Part shown: positions 11,901 to 23,884 of the stretch, piece by piece
Numbering within the stretch: the first letter of the stretch is position 1
Layout of the letters: every line of letters starts with the position of its first letter
Assembly: GCA_964016885.1 (NCBI GenBank)
Contig: OZ024743.1
Location: forward strand, 99,324,001-99,388,000
Direction of reading: 5' to 3'
DNA length: 64,000 nucleotides
Source: Eledone cirrhosa
Lineage: Eukaryota
Notes under the pieces: generated by a model
Told to the model about the DNA's origin: nothing
What the model saw: only the letters and a program-made list of their open reading frames with translations
Database searches by the model: none
Translations under genes and position numbers: made by a program

Positions 11901-12647
11901 CAACGTGACCATTTAGGTCGCCTGCGATAATTATATAGTCACTGTCGGATATTTGGGAGGTAGTTAGCATCAGTGTCTCATAGAATCTGTCTTTTATAGT
12001 GCCGGGCAGTCCGGATTGGGGTGCGTACGCAGATATTACTGTCACCGTAGATCTATTGAGGACAAGTCGTATTTTAATTATTCTGTCGTTCACTCTATTT
12101 ACGTCTATTATCTTATCTGCCCACTTTTCTGCTACCATGATTCCTACTCCACCCAGCCCATCGTCGTTTCCCACCCAGAAAAGCTTATAACAACGTTTTT
12201 TACCCTCAATGAACCTAGCAGACCCACCCCTCCACCTGGTCTCTTGAATACAACAAACATCGACCTCCTTACGTTCAAGCATTTCTACAACCTCGTTAGC
12301 GCGACCCTTTAGGGTGCCTACATTTATGGTACCAACTCTGAAGTTTTGGATTGCGTTTGGGGGTTGGGGGCGGTGAGGGGCGGGGGGCGATGGGGTTATG
12401 TTAGCCGTCCGCGGTCGAAACAATGAGGAGTGCTCGCATTCTCGTCCAAGGGGTGAATTTGTCTTTATCTTTGGCATTGTCGCTGAGCGTCCAGATTTTT
12501 CTCTCTCACCTCCACTCTCCAGGATTCCGCAGTCCATCCATCCATCATATATCGTATATCGAAAGGCAACCAGGCAAGCGATAGTATAGGCCTCTGGTTT
12601 CTGATTGGTCCGCGTAATAATACTGGTGATACGTGGGGGCTGTTTTA
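8915..12647 (-). mobile_element. Full-length RTE family A LINE
   Basis: Short 5' region, one uninterrupted ORF, a ~370-bp 3'UTR and an (ATG)n tail. It sits between TA-rich microsatellites. Confidence 0.97.
9307..12537 (-). CDS. RTE LINE polyprotein: APE endonuclease, reverse transcriptase, PHD-type zinc finger, C-terminal domain
   Basis: APE motifs GTINVGT, CIQETRW, SAYAPQ, AGDLNGH, VDYIL and SQHRL. RT motifs FVDLEKAFD, QGSVLSP and YADD. C4HC3 finger CSVC..CPKC..VHKRC..CGRC. No stop codons. The start is uncertain (ATG at 12537 or 12477); the upstream YI-rich extension is microsatellite. Confidence 0.93.
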   Translation of the reverse strand: MDCGILESGGEREKSGRSATMPKIKTNSPLGRECEHSSLFRPRTANITPSPPAPHRPQPPNAIQNFRVGTINVGTLKGRANEVVEMLERKEVDVCCIQETRWRGGSARFIEGKKRCYKLFWVGNDDGLGGVGIMVAEKWADKIIDVNRVNDRIIKIRLVLNRSTVTVISAYAPQSGLPGTIKDRFYETLMLTTSQISDSDYIIIAGDLNGHVGQHCDGYDEIHGGYGFGTRNEEGSRILEFCDANNLTICNTNFKKRDNHLITYRSGEHTSQVDYILTRRRDRVSVVNTKSLPHEECTSQHRLIISDLIVRTRRTRQQKRTILRRKIWKLKDPTARNKFQSILLDAFDSKEEHLESDNIEGEWEFLKANLLLVTDEVCGWSRPVGRRRVTWWWNSKVEGSIKAKKQAWKVWRDGGSREDYQVARREARRQVYLARREAEERKFKHVLQRDDQKREVFRIARQCVKENRDIVGEKCVLNDEGTLAITDADKKVAWKCHYERLLNEENNWEKGSLPHIDPIEGPAVLVEGSIISKAIKDMKTGKAAGPSEIVAEMLKASGTVGHTMVTRIVNQVVQNGVVPKDWHSSIIVNCYKGKGDALDRSNYRGIKLIDQVMKVTERVIAQLIRERIDLDEMQFGFVSGKSTTDALFIVRQLQEKYLAKGKPLYLAFVDLEKAFDRVPRSIIWWALRKLGVDEWLVRAIQAMYKETVSKVRINNEYSEEFSVKVGVHQGSVLSPLLFIIALQAITEEFKTGCPWELLYADDLTLIAESMAELEKKFQTWKHGLESKGLKINLAKTKVLVCRKENKAAVPSGKWSCSVCRKGVGRNSILCPKCKVWVHKRCSGITGRLTKNIDFTCGRCSGAISSSKCPQTTSSFNCAEGSIEIVDSFRYLGDKISSGGGCSESTVARVRTGWKKFRELIPLLAAKGFSLKMKGRLYDACIRTAMLHGSETWALCAEDIRRLERNEACMLRWMCNSNIRERQSINELRNKLEIRGIRCCLLERRLRWYGHVMRMKVDSCITKCRAIKIDGSHGIGRPRKTWDELINSDITHLHLSKTMSLDRDLWRYSVTEKTRLT

Positions 12648-12693
12648 ATATATATACATACATACATACATATATATATATATATACATACAT

Positions 12694-12762
<69 letters not shown>

Positions 12763-12984
12763 CATACATCTTCTCTTTATCTATCTTTCCATCTCTCTAT
12801 TTTGTTACATGCATTTCTTCTTTTTCTTCTTTTTCTTCGTTTTCTTTCTTTCTTTTCTTTCTTTCCTTCTTTCTCTCTTTCTTTCTTTCTGTTTACAATT
12901 TTTCACTGCCAAATCAACTTTTCAAATACAAGTCGATGTTGAACGGTATGTCAAATCTATTTATCTATAAAACTGTCTATATTG

Positions 12985-13050
12985 TATTTTGTCTGAGGAA
13001 GGCATAGCATATTGTTAATATGATATCCCTGAAATATATATAATGAAATA
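12985..13050 (+). ncRNA. Minimal type I hammerhead ribozyme motif (PLE-type)
   Basis: Stem I TATTTTGT/ATGAAATA, core CTGAGGA (12993-12999), 14-bp stem II with 2 mismatches, GAAA (13031-13034), palindromic stem III TATATA, AUA cleavage triplet, then AATAAA. Confidence 0.8.
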
Positions 13051-13091
13051 AATATGGTTTTATAAATATAGTTTCCATTTATTTAATATCG

Positions 13092-13123
<32 letters not shown>

Positions 13124-14879
13124 CATATATATATACATACATATATATATATACACACACACACATTCATGTACACATGCATATACACACAGACACACAT
13201 ATATATGACGATGATGTCGACATGTCAAATAAGTGCCCAGCCCACACCGTAAAGTGGCCGTGTAGGTGTCACGGCCATAAGCACCCAGTACTCACTGTAA
13301 ATTTAGTTAGTACTAGGAAGGGCATCCAGCTGTAGAACCCAGCCAAAATCTGTTCTGTATGAGCATGAAATGGTTACCTGACATGGTATATATGTATATA
13401 TGTATATATATATATATACATACACACATATATAAAATGTGTAAAGACCACCTTCGGTCATGATTGACCATGGGATTTGCACCTAGAAAGTTCTCTTCCG
13501 AGGCATATGTCAGGACCAGGTTAGGGGAATACCAACAGTTGGCCATACACACCAGTCTCCCCTCTCCACAGCACTGATGTTGTCCAAAAGTTATGTCCAA
13601 TACACCTTGGCACCAGTGATGTCACAACTCATTTGGGCACCTCAGTAAACTGGAGTAACATATCTGTTGCTCAAGGACACAATGCACCTGGTCTAAGAAT
13701 CAAACTCACAACCTCACGATTGCAAGTGCAACACTCAAACCACTAAGCCTCATACACACACATATATATTTATATATATATACACACACACATATATATA
13801 TAAATATATATATGCATTCTACCAAGCAGTATATACAAATCTAAACATGAACCTTTCCCTTTTCTTTAGAAATGTGTGCAGATATACATGCATATACCTA
13901 AACACACAGACACAGACTCACACACACACACACATGCAAACACACACACTGTTCTTAGTTTTTTTCTCTCTATGGATTTACATCAGAAAATCGGAAACTA
14001 TTGTTAGGATTAGGTTTGATGTCATTTCGAAGTAAATAATGAGTTATTGACATTTTAAACTTGTGAGAATATCTGACTGCAAATAGTAACCAAATACTTG
14101 TGATGCTGCTGACTGCAAGAAATAACAACTAGCATATCTTTTAACATCCTCTACCTCATGAGACTACATTAGCAATCATTCTTAAATGTACAAAATATCA
14201 CTATGCCTACATCACATGAAAATTGTAAGCCTTTATCCTAATACTGCAAATTTTTACAATGATCTGTGCAGTAGGAAAGATAGTGTAAATATTTGGATTG
14301 ACAAACTTGGTTTTAGACATTTTCTGTTAAACCATTACAGGATGTCAAGATGTTAAGACTTATTATATGAAATAACAAACAAAGAAACAAACAAAAAATG
14401 TTCATTCAAGACAAATTCTAGTATTTGGGTTAGATTTTCCTTCTTGTACTTCTTCAGGAAGCATTAGAGAAGAATTTAGAAAATTTGCTGCCAAAGAATT
14501 TCCCACTGATTTTGGTAACACTGGGTAAGTTTACAATTGGCATCGATCAAAATTTCTTTAAGCACCTGAGATTATGTTTGCCAATACAACTCATTCGATA
14601 GAATGATCGATATATAATATATAATAAATAAAATTCATTTTCGTATCAGAAAGCTGCAAACGAAGTGACTAAATAAATACAGAAAAAATATCTTTGAAAA
14701 AAGAAAGAAACTTTTGAAAGATTTCCCTTTAAGAATGCTAAATATTGTAAAACCCTTAAAGTTATAGAGTATTGAATGAGGTATAATAAATTAAACATTA
14801 TCATTATTCATGCAAATATATAAAAGAAAATATAGGTGTTTAGAAAAAGTAGATTAAAAAATATATATAATTTGGGATG

Positions 14880-15340
14880 TGATGTGCAGAGGCTTGTTCT
14901 CCACCTCCAGCTTAGCCACAAACTTGGGACTCCACTGCTCACAATGAGGAGGAAGATAGTTAAATATCAGGGTGTGACCGAATGCTTCCTCTTTGCACCA
15001 GTCTCTGTCAAGACCTCTGGTGTCCTTGGTCCCCACACTGCTGATTTCCTCCATAAAATCAGAAACACAGCGGCCTACTTGAAGAGAGAGCTTGATGAGG
15101 TGGGGTGGCTGATGCAGTGGATGTTTCTGGCCATTTCCATGGTAACACCTTTGCCATTTAGTCCACGAGGCGTGGCTGAGCTACTGATCAGACTGGGGTG
15201 TAGTGTCTGTCCTTCTCTCCCATTCTTTCATTGCTTGAACCTTTTTTCTTTTTCTTCTTTTCATTTCTTTTTTTTTCCCCTTAAAAGTATGTTTTGTTTA
15301 TATAAAATACTGCTCAATTATCTTTATGTAATTATATCCT
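14880..15340 (+). mobile_element. CRE-clade non-LTR retrotransposon 3' fragment (restriction-like endonuclease region)
   Basis: RKIVKYQG..FLFAPVSVKTSGVLGPHTADFL...WLMQWMFLAI resembles the CRE RLE C-terminus. A T-rich 3' region follows. Confidence 0.65.
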
Positions 15341-15613
15341 AGAAATAAAAGTATATTTTCAGAAACAAATTGTACATATATACTATCCATTCTTCAGTAA
15401 GTTGTCTTTTATTGATGATCTAATCCATTATGATCTTCTTAGTAAGATATATATATATATATATATAATTAATGATGAGGAAAAATACACACACACATAT
15501 ATATATGTATGTATATATATATATACATACATACATATATGCAAGAACAAAACATACTCATACAGACCAATACTCATACACTCTGCAGATTGAAGAATGA
15601 CAGTTGATCTTAC

Positions 15614-15756
15614 CTGAGAGGGTACAACCACACGATGTAAAAGCTTTCCATCTTTGCTATAGAAATGTAGCTCATTTCGACAGTATAGATTTGGAAGTCG
15701 TACAAAACCAGCCACTGCTAAGTACTCACCGCAGTTAGACCAGTCCATTTTGACTC
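15614..15756 (-). CDS. TULP4: Internal exon of a host WD40 protein of the TULP4/WDR35 family (most likely tubby-related protein 4)
   Basis: Acceptor TTTTTAG| at 15757 and donor |GTAAG at 15613. The 143 nt (phase 1 to phase 0) encode (G)VKMDWSNCGEYLAVAGFVRLPNLYCRNELHFYSKDGKLLHRVVVPSQ, matching the W....LAVAG....FY...G blade of TULP4/WDR35. The choice of TULP4 over WDR35 is moderate confidence. Confidence 0.75.
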
Positions 15757-16689
15757 CTAAAAATAGAGCAAAGGAAGAAAATAGATATCATTAACATTAA
15801 AGGTTGAGAGGGCTGTTCAGCCATATTAAACATATGACAACTTCTCTAATGCTGGTGCTACAATAAAATGTATCTGTTAAACTTTGTAAAGTGATTGGCA
15901 TTAGGAAAGACATCCAGCAATAGAAACCATGCCAAAATGAAATGTATTGAGTGAGACTTGGACCCCAAACTTTCTAGCAGGACAGTAACTTCTATTAAGT
16001 ACTCCTTGGAAAGTGGACATAAAATGATGGTGATAACGATGATGTAAAAGCTTCCTAATCTTGAGGATGGAGGGAAACTTTAAAAAGGCTAGTGTTGCTT
16101 TATTGGTGTTAAGTAGATGAAAGCTAAATTTCTCCTTGGATAGTATGTATTTTACCCAGGTGACCAGGAACCTATTTTTAATGACAGCTAGGTGAACTGA
16201 GGACATGTAAAATAAAGTGTTCTCACCAGAAATACAATGAGCCATGCAATATCTTGACTCACAGAAAGAAATGACATAAAATGAAGAGGATAGTTCAGAA
16301 AACCAGATTTCAGGATGATGTCTATAATGATGATGGTGATGTTGAGTATGACAAGCACCATTTTTTAAGTAGCATGATGGAGATAGAGATATATACATGG
16401 ACTTTTACAGTTTCCGTTTACCAGGTTTCACTTGCAAGGTAACTATCATCCCAAGGTCATAGTAGAAGATACTTTCTCAAGATGCTATAGATCAAACCCC
16501 AAACCACATGATTGCAAAGCAAACTTGTTAACCATATAATTATGCCTGCACCTATTTCGCATAAGATTGTTGGAGTCGATGAGAAGGGGCCAAGTGGTCT
16601 TATTCTTTTTCTCTGGGTATGAGACAGATATTTCATTTTAGACACAACAGTTAGCAACTCTTTTACTCTTTACATCCTAAATCCTGTGG

Positions 16690-17140
16690 TGAATGTGAAA
16701 GTCACTGCATCTGTGGTTGAACAAGTGTAGAGGTTTAGAGGCAGCTCAGAAAGAGAGTTCATTGTAAGAGACCAGAACACTTCAAGTCTGGTCAGTGGTA
16801 CCAGGACACTGCCCCCTGCTGTAAATCCATCCTGGTGACCAACTACTTGGCAGATATGAGGATCAAGACTGTCCCACATTCTCCCTACAGTCCAGATACA
16901 GCCCCATGTGACTTCTGGATGTTCCCGAAGCTAAAAGAGAAACTTTGAGGATGTGGAGGAGATGGAGGAGATTGTGACAATCGCCCTGGACACCTTTACT
17001 TTGGAGGACTACAAGGGGACCTTCCAGAAGTGACTGGAGTGCTACATCAAGTGCATTGCAGTTGGAGGATCCTACATTGAGGGAGACTAGAATTTTGTGT
17101 TGATCTGAGTTAAATAAATGTCTTACTGATAAAAGTTTAT
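16690..17140 (+). mobile_element. Degenerate mariner transposase fragment
   Basis: Translation across frameshifts gives QDTAP, TVPHSPYSPDTAPCDFWMFPKLK and KCIAVGGSYIEGD*, which are mariner D,D34D C-terminal motifs. Confidence 0.85.
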
Positions 17141-19494
17141 ATAAATTGTAAGATTTTAACAAAAAGAAATTTATTTGAGTTGACTCTTTAATTCTGAAAA
17201 TATCTCTCCAAACCTAGGAGTAAATTTAAAGGCTGAAATATGAATATGTAACACCAAGAGGTAAATAAGAAGAGCAGAGCTCCTAACAATCACTGTGCAC
17301 CAGTGACCATAAATCCAATTAAAAATTGTATTCAGTGAATTTATTTAATATATTTATCAAATAGATTGCTGGAAATATAAGATGATAATAAAAAACCAGT
17401 ATATAATAATAATATAAAAGCATGCACTATTTCCAAAAACTGATATGCTGACTGTAAACACAGACTGGAATGCCATTAAAGCCAAGCTGCTAGTCTGAAA
17501 ATTACAATTTGTGTGTTATCTGTGCAGTTTCATGATAACAAATATGAATTCATAGGAATACAAGTATTTATGACTAATGGGTATCACGGGGAAAATATTT
17601 ACTATAATGTTCAGTTAATAATGTGCAAGATTTGGATGTTTCATATGTGTCTGATGTATTGTCATTCTAATCTGCAAAGAAAGATAATGTACACCATACA
17701 CTATGGGAGTAATGACAATTTATTCATATTAGCAGTTTATTCAATATAGACATAATGGCAATATTATTGCACTCTCTGGTACATCTCTTTATATAAACAT
17801 TGCTTGAAAATTATTTTATTGACATTTCAAACTTTAGATTCTTTAGATAAGATGCTATATTTCTAAAACCTTAACCCATAAATATTTCAAAAATTTTAAC
17901 ACCTAAGTTAATTATGCTTAAAACTTCTATTTTGAAAATAATAGAAAAACAGGTTTAAATTTCTAAATTTCTCTAAAATTTCTTCTAAAACTTCTCACTA
18001 TAAATACTGTTTATTTTTTATTTTTATTTTTATTTTTTTTATTATTATCTAGTGTAAAGAAATTGGCATATGGCTCTCTAGTGTAGCAATGGCACCCAAT
18101 AAAGTGGTTGGCGAATGGAAATAATATAGCATACAAAAGACTCTTCAGCTTTGATGAGTATATGACACCCTGTGTAGTGGTTAACATTAGAAAGGGCATC
18201 TAATCATAGAAACCAAGCTAAGTATGCTGCTCTGAAATCTTTACTTTCATTTAGATGTGTTAGGGTCATTTAAATACATGAGTATGGGTAGTGGTTTGGT
18301 TAACTGGCTGTGTTGTGAGGGAGTTCAGTTCACAACCAAATGGTTTTTGGTTTACTCCTATTATGTGGCACCTTGGGTAATTTTCTACTACTATAGTCTT
18401 GGGTTGACTAATACCTTGTGAGTGAAATTTGATAAACAGAAATTGCAGAAGCTTGTGTGTGTATGTGTGTGGACATTTGCAATTGTTTCCACTTTGCTGG
18501 CCTTGTAAAGTATAAACAATTATTTTAATGGCCTTACAAGGGTACAGTATTCAAAGCTTTAGTCAATCACAAAGACCCCCAGTACTTATTTCAGTCCGGT
18601 ACTTATTTGATCGATATGTGTTTGTCAAACAGCTAAGTTATGGGGCATAAAGTAACGCAATATAAGCAACACCAGATTTTAGACAAGTGTAAACACAGAG
18701 ACACCCGCAATATATGATGACTTCAGCACAGTTTCCATCTACCAAATTCCACTAAGGCAATGTTAGAAACACTTGCCCAAGGTGTCACAAATCGGTTGAA
18801 ACCTGGTATCTTATAGTAATGAAGTGAACTTCTAAACAATATAGCCATGCCTGCATCTAATTCCTAAATTCTAGAATGTGGATATACAAAAAGAATTAGA
18901 AAAATTTGAAGGAGAAAAAGCAAAATGAATTTATTTGAGCAAAATTTCATAATTTTATAAAAATGATAATTTTAATTACTAATAGCAACTATGAATAGGA
19001 TGTATTGGTTTAGTATTAAAATCTTCTGCTTCTTGTTAATTAAATCCAAGATAGGAAGTGTTTTAAAATTTAACATTAAACAGAAGAGATGCAACTATGC
19101 TTTATAAAATTACTTCAAAAAGAGGTTTTTAAAAAAATATGTTTTTGAATTATGCAAAATTTCTACAAAGTTCTTTCTTCAATTCTGTGATCTGCAATGT
19201 GATAGAAAATAAGGTTACCATTAGAGCAGATCCATCACAGATTGTTTTCTGAAGGAATGGACTATAAAAATTCATTTTTATTCCAGATTTGATTTGGTTG
19301 TTTTATTTTCAATTGAATAGACTTATTAAAAATGCCCAAATATGGTAATGTTTTGAAGGTGTTAAAGGCCTCTATTAATATTACTGATCATTCTATGAAA
19401 GCATTATACTGGAGACTAATAAAATTAGTGAAGATCGGTATTAGCAAATATCAGCTCAATGGCTTCATAAGATATGTGAAAGCTGACAACCTAA

Positions 19495-19800
19495 TCATTG
19501 TTGTCATCACCATCACCACCACCACCACCATCACCACCACCACCATCATCACCACCACCACCGTCACCACCACCATCACCACCACCACCATCACCACCAC
19601 CATCACCACCACCACCATCACTACCATCACCAATATCACCATCACCACCACCATCACCAACATCACCACCACCACCACCACCACCACCACCATCACCACC
19701 ACCACCACCACCACCACCACCATCACCACCATCATCATCATCACCACCATCACCACCACTACCACCACCACCATCATCATCATCATCATTATTACCATCA
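19495..19800. repeat. (ACC/ATC)n trinucleotide microsatellite
   Basis: Directly visible. It adjoins a degenerate RTE/SINE tail on the minus strand (19800-19900). Confidence 0.95.
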
Positions 19801-20105
19801 GTTTTACATCCATTTCTGCATGCTGGCATAAGTTGGATGAGCTTTCTAGAGGCAGAATTCTATTGTTGGATGTCCTTCCTGACATCAACCTTTACTTTGT
19901 ATGTCACATTGCTGAACACAGGGGCCACTATTTATGTAGAATGTAAACAAATGCCACTGCCTGCGCCATCAGCATCAAATGTAAAGACATTCAAATGCAT
20001 ACAAACATCATACATATACATATGTATATATGTATGTATGTATGTATTATCATTAATTAATGTTGGTTTTCTATCTTGCATATATATATATATATATATA
20101 AATAT

Positions 20106-20662
20106 ATGGTGGCTGCCAATTCGTTTTCGAGTACGGCCGCTACTTTATATCCATGTAGGAGAAACCCTACCGATGTGCTGAACGAGTGTGATTTTTAGTC
20201 CAGCCAGCGACTTGAAAACTCTGGTACAAACACTACACTTGTGACAATTATTGACACATAGTGCTGGGCCCATGGTACCATGTCACGACAAGTGCAGAGA
20301 GATCTCCAGATATAAAGCAATGCCTGTGCCATGAAGCTTTTATAGTGAGCAAAGGCACTGCACAAAGCCAGTCCCACTCTCTTAACCAAGATGATATTTA
20401 CCAAAAAGAAGAACAAGTCAACATCATTGGATACCATCAGGGTTGCAGGTGTTATATCAGAGTTTTCCTTCTCCTATAATTCTGCCTTGACAAAGGCTAA
20501 GGGGTCATCTTTCCCAGTGATTTTGGATGGCCATTGACTCTTAAGAGCTCCTTTGCCCTTTGACAGGTTTTGTTTTTAGTCCTGCAGGATGTCCAAAGTC
20601 ACCCTCCTCACCAAGAAACCTTGGTGGGGTTGCCAGTTTAGTCGCCAATGACCCGACCATGA
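20106..20662 (-). mobile_element. Internally deleted RTE-like element (5' end fused to 3' C2H2 finger), TA-flanked
   Basis: The 5' sequence GGCGACTAAACTGG...AAAAACAAAACCTGTCAAAGGGC is related to 26720-26815. The 3' part encodes roughly CHKCSVCTRVFKSLAGLK-HTR. Confidence 0.55.
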
Positions 20663-20687
20663 GAATATATATATTCCATATAAATAT

Positions 20688-21597
20688 ATCATCATCATCA
20701 TCATCACCGTTTTACGTCCGTTCTTCCACGCTAGCATGGGTTAGACGGGTTGTCCTGTTGTGGGCAGTGTCTGGTCGGCTGACCATGCCTTGCTCATACA
20801 GGAACTGATCTGGCTTGATTTCTACAGCTGGATGCCCTTCCTAACACCAACCTCATTTACAGTGAGTGCTGGGTGCTTTTTCGTGGCGCCTACACGTCCA
20901 CTTTACAGTGTGGGCTGGGTGCTTTTTTGCCGTGGCACCTCCACGACCACCTTGCGGTGGGGGGGGGGGCATATTGTTTATATGCTTCAGCATGTACCCA
21001 TGGGAGGTCGGGTACCCTGTATTACTGCGTGACGCCAGAAGTCACGGTCGTGTGTCATTGACTTTGAGAGGTGTAGTTGGGTAAGGTCGGCTTTTATCAC
21101 CTCATCCCAAGTCATCTTGGGTCTCCCCACTCCGCGGTTTCCATCAACTTCTAGTGCTCTGCACCTTTTTATGCAGCTGTCATCCTTCATACGCATCACA
21201 TGTCCATACCAGCGTAACCGCCTCTCCTGCACGCAGCATTTGATTCCTCTTATGCTCAGTCTCTCTCTCAATTCATTTATGCTTTGTCGTTCACGTATAT
21301 TACTGTTACACATCCATCGGAGCATGCAGGCTTCGTTTCTCTCTAATCTACGTAAGTCTTCCACCTTCAGCGCCCAGGTCTCACTACCATGCAACATCGC
21401 TGTTCGGATACACGCATCATACAGTCTGCCTTTCATTCTGAGGGAGAAGCCTTTTGCAGCTAGCAGTGGTAGTAGTTCCCTAAACTTCTTCCATCCCGTT
21501 CTTACCCTAGTTATTGTACTTTCTGAGCACCCACCTCCGTTGCTAATTCGGTCACCTAGGTAGCAGAAGCTGTCTACTGTTTCTACAGGGCCCTCCC

Positions 21598-21598
<1 letters not shown>
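20688..21598 (-). mobile_element. RTE family B LINE, 3' fragment
   Basis: ORF 20987-21661 (ETVDSFCYLGD...RRLRWYGHV) with a family-B 3'UTR and an (ATG)n tail. It is similar to 55830-56740. Confidence 0.92.
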
Positions 21599-21637
<39 letters not shown>

Positions 21638-21641
<4 letters not shown>

Positions 21642-21720
21642 GGGTCGGCTGAAAAGTTCATAGGCTGACCAAAATACTCTCATGGAATGAACAAACAAGT
21701 TTTATTTTTCAACACAGTCT
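21638..21720 (+). mobile_element. Mariner-like TIR or MITE fragment
   Basis: TA|CAGGGGTCGGCTGAAAAGTT resembles mariner inverted-repeat termini and starts at a TA. Confidence 0.45.
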
Positions 21721-22384
21721 CTTTCCAATTATTGCTAGCGTGAATATTAGTCCAAGTTTATTGTAGAGGATTCATTAGCCCAAGGTGTCATGATGTAGGA
21801 TAGAACCAAAGACCAAATATTTTTGAAGCAAACTTTTTGATCACACAACACACCTGCAGCTAATATTAGTATGAATTTCTTATTATTAATTAATAAAATT
21901 TGATCATATTAAACATTTTCCCTATTAATTTGACTCCCAGTCACCAATTGAGATATTAATTAATTGAACATTTTACTAGAATTTCATAAAAAGTCAAATT
22001 TTAATTAGTAACATTAATTATACTAAATATTGTTTATTGATTTATTATCTGATCTTAATAAATAGCCTTAATAATTAAACACAAGAAGAAGAATATTTAG
22101 CATTTAATTGGGTAGATGTAGCAGTTCTATGTTTTAATACACATTAACTCATTCCATACCAAGAAAAAGAAGATGGTCAGATTAGACCAGACAATGTCTC
22201 AAATGGTTCCATTACTTATATTATTTCCTGGTGGCATCTCCTGGCAGAAGGAGACAGAAATATGATACAAAAGTGTTTATTTTAAATTGTTTATATCTAA
22301 AGATGTCCACCATGTTTTATGTAAGAATGTTTATAATTTCATTCTTTCAGTTTCAATTTCTTGATTTAATAACATTGTTGTCAT

Positions 22385-22865
22385 CAAATGTATAATGTAT
22401 GTATAATGTATGTATGATTGTATGTATGTATGTGGTGTATGTATGTATAGTGTATGTATGTATAATGTATGTATGTATAATGTATGTATGTATAATGTAT
22501 GTATGTAGTGTATGTATGTATAATGTATGATGTATAATGTATGTATAATGTATGTATAATGTATGTATGTATAAGGTATGTATATGGTAGGTATAATGTA
22601 TGTATGTATAATGTATGTATGTATATGGTATGTATAAGGTATGTATAATGAATGTATGTATAAGGTATGTATAATGTATGTATGATTGTATGTATATATA
22701 AGGTATATATAAGGTATGTATAATGTATGTATGATTGTATGTATATATAAGGTATATATAAGGTATGTATATGGTATGTATGTATAAGGTATGTATAAGG
22801 TATATATAAGGTATGTATAATGTATGTATGATTGTATGTATATATAAGGTATGTATATTGTATGT
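22385..22865. repeat. Compound (TATG/TAATG/TAAGG)n microsatellite
   Basis: Directly visible. Confidence 0.95.
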
Positions 22866-23711
22866 TATGTTCCAAACACCAGATAAATTATGAGAAAGTT
22901 ATTTTACTGAATCTCTCCTGATTCTTGATTATCCTCAAAATTATTTGAAAACCGTAGACATGGATTACTATTGCCAGTAATAGACTTCTACAAATTGTTG
23001 GTAACTTAGGACGATCTAATTAATGTTTTACCCCTAACTCTATATTGTCTTGTCAACCCTTTTGATATGAACCTGCCTGAAACCACTTCAGGTTTTATGA
23101 TACAAAACTGCTTGTTTTAAAGTTTTCATATCTAAATTAAAACCTTGTAAAGTGTTGGATTTCTGTTGGTTTTAATTACAAGTATTCCAGTTGTTTGAAC
23201 AATGGAACAACCTGCTCATGAAATTAACGTACAAGTGGCTGAGCATTCTACAAACACGGGTATCCTTAACACAATTCTCAAGACAGTGTGTGAAAGACAG
23301 TGTCAGAAAGACAGTGTGTGACCAAATCAAACTTTTGAATTACAAGTACAACTCATTTTTTTCTTATGGAGTAGACTTGCTCAAGGACAAAGTACATCAG
23401 GGAATTGAACTCATGGCCTTACAACCCTGAGTCAAACACACTAACCACTAAGGCATGTACCTTTATTTTTGTTAAGTAATGTTCAAAACATTACCTTAAT
23501 AATGTAAATGGGAAACCATATTACTAAATCCCTTCAAATACTTCATTATTTTCAAAATAAATTGAAACATGAGATATGTATTTCATTAGAAATATGGTAA
23601 AAAAAAGAGTTAACTAATGTGTATTGACAGAGGCTGAACAGAGATATTAATACAAATATCCTACCAGGGCATGTATCCTACTTGCCAATTTTCTACCGAT
23701 CATCGATCTAG

Positions 23712-23742
<31 letters not shown>

Positions 23743-23834
23743 GTGGTAGAACACTGGAAGGTAATATCCGTAGTGGTAGAGCACTCAGTCCATGGGATGA
23801 GTTAGGTAGAAGTGGTTACACAACAGTTAGTTCA

Positions 23835-23884
23835 CCATACCGAGAACAATTGTTTCACCTTAGCAGATCCTCAGCTCATAATGG
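23835..23884 (-). ncRNA. Hammerhead-like motif (inverted arm copy)
   Basis: Minus strand GAG-CTGAGGA-TCTGCTAAGGT-GAAA-CAATTG-TT-CTC. Confidence 0.65.

Noticed and set aside
9497-12312. Antisense ORFs recurring in RTE copies
   Set aside because: They are shadows of the RTE ORF, shared only because the copies are near-identical.
19332-20181. Poly-Thr, poly-Pro, poly-Gly and poly-Val ORFs resembling mucins or extensins
   Set aside because: This is an (ACC/ATC)n microsatellite open in most frames and contiguous with a retroelement tail.
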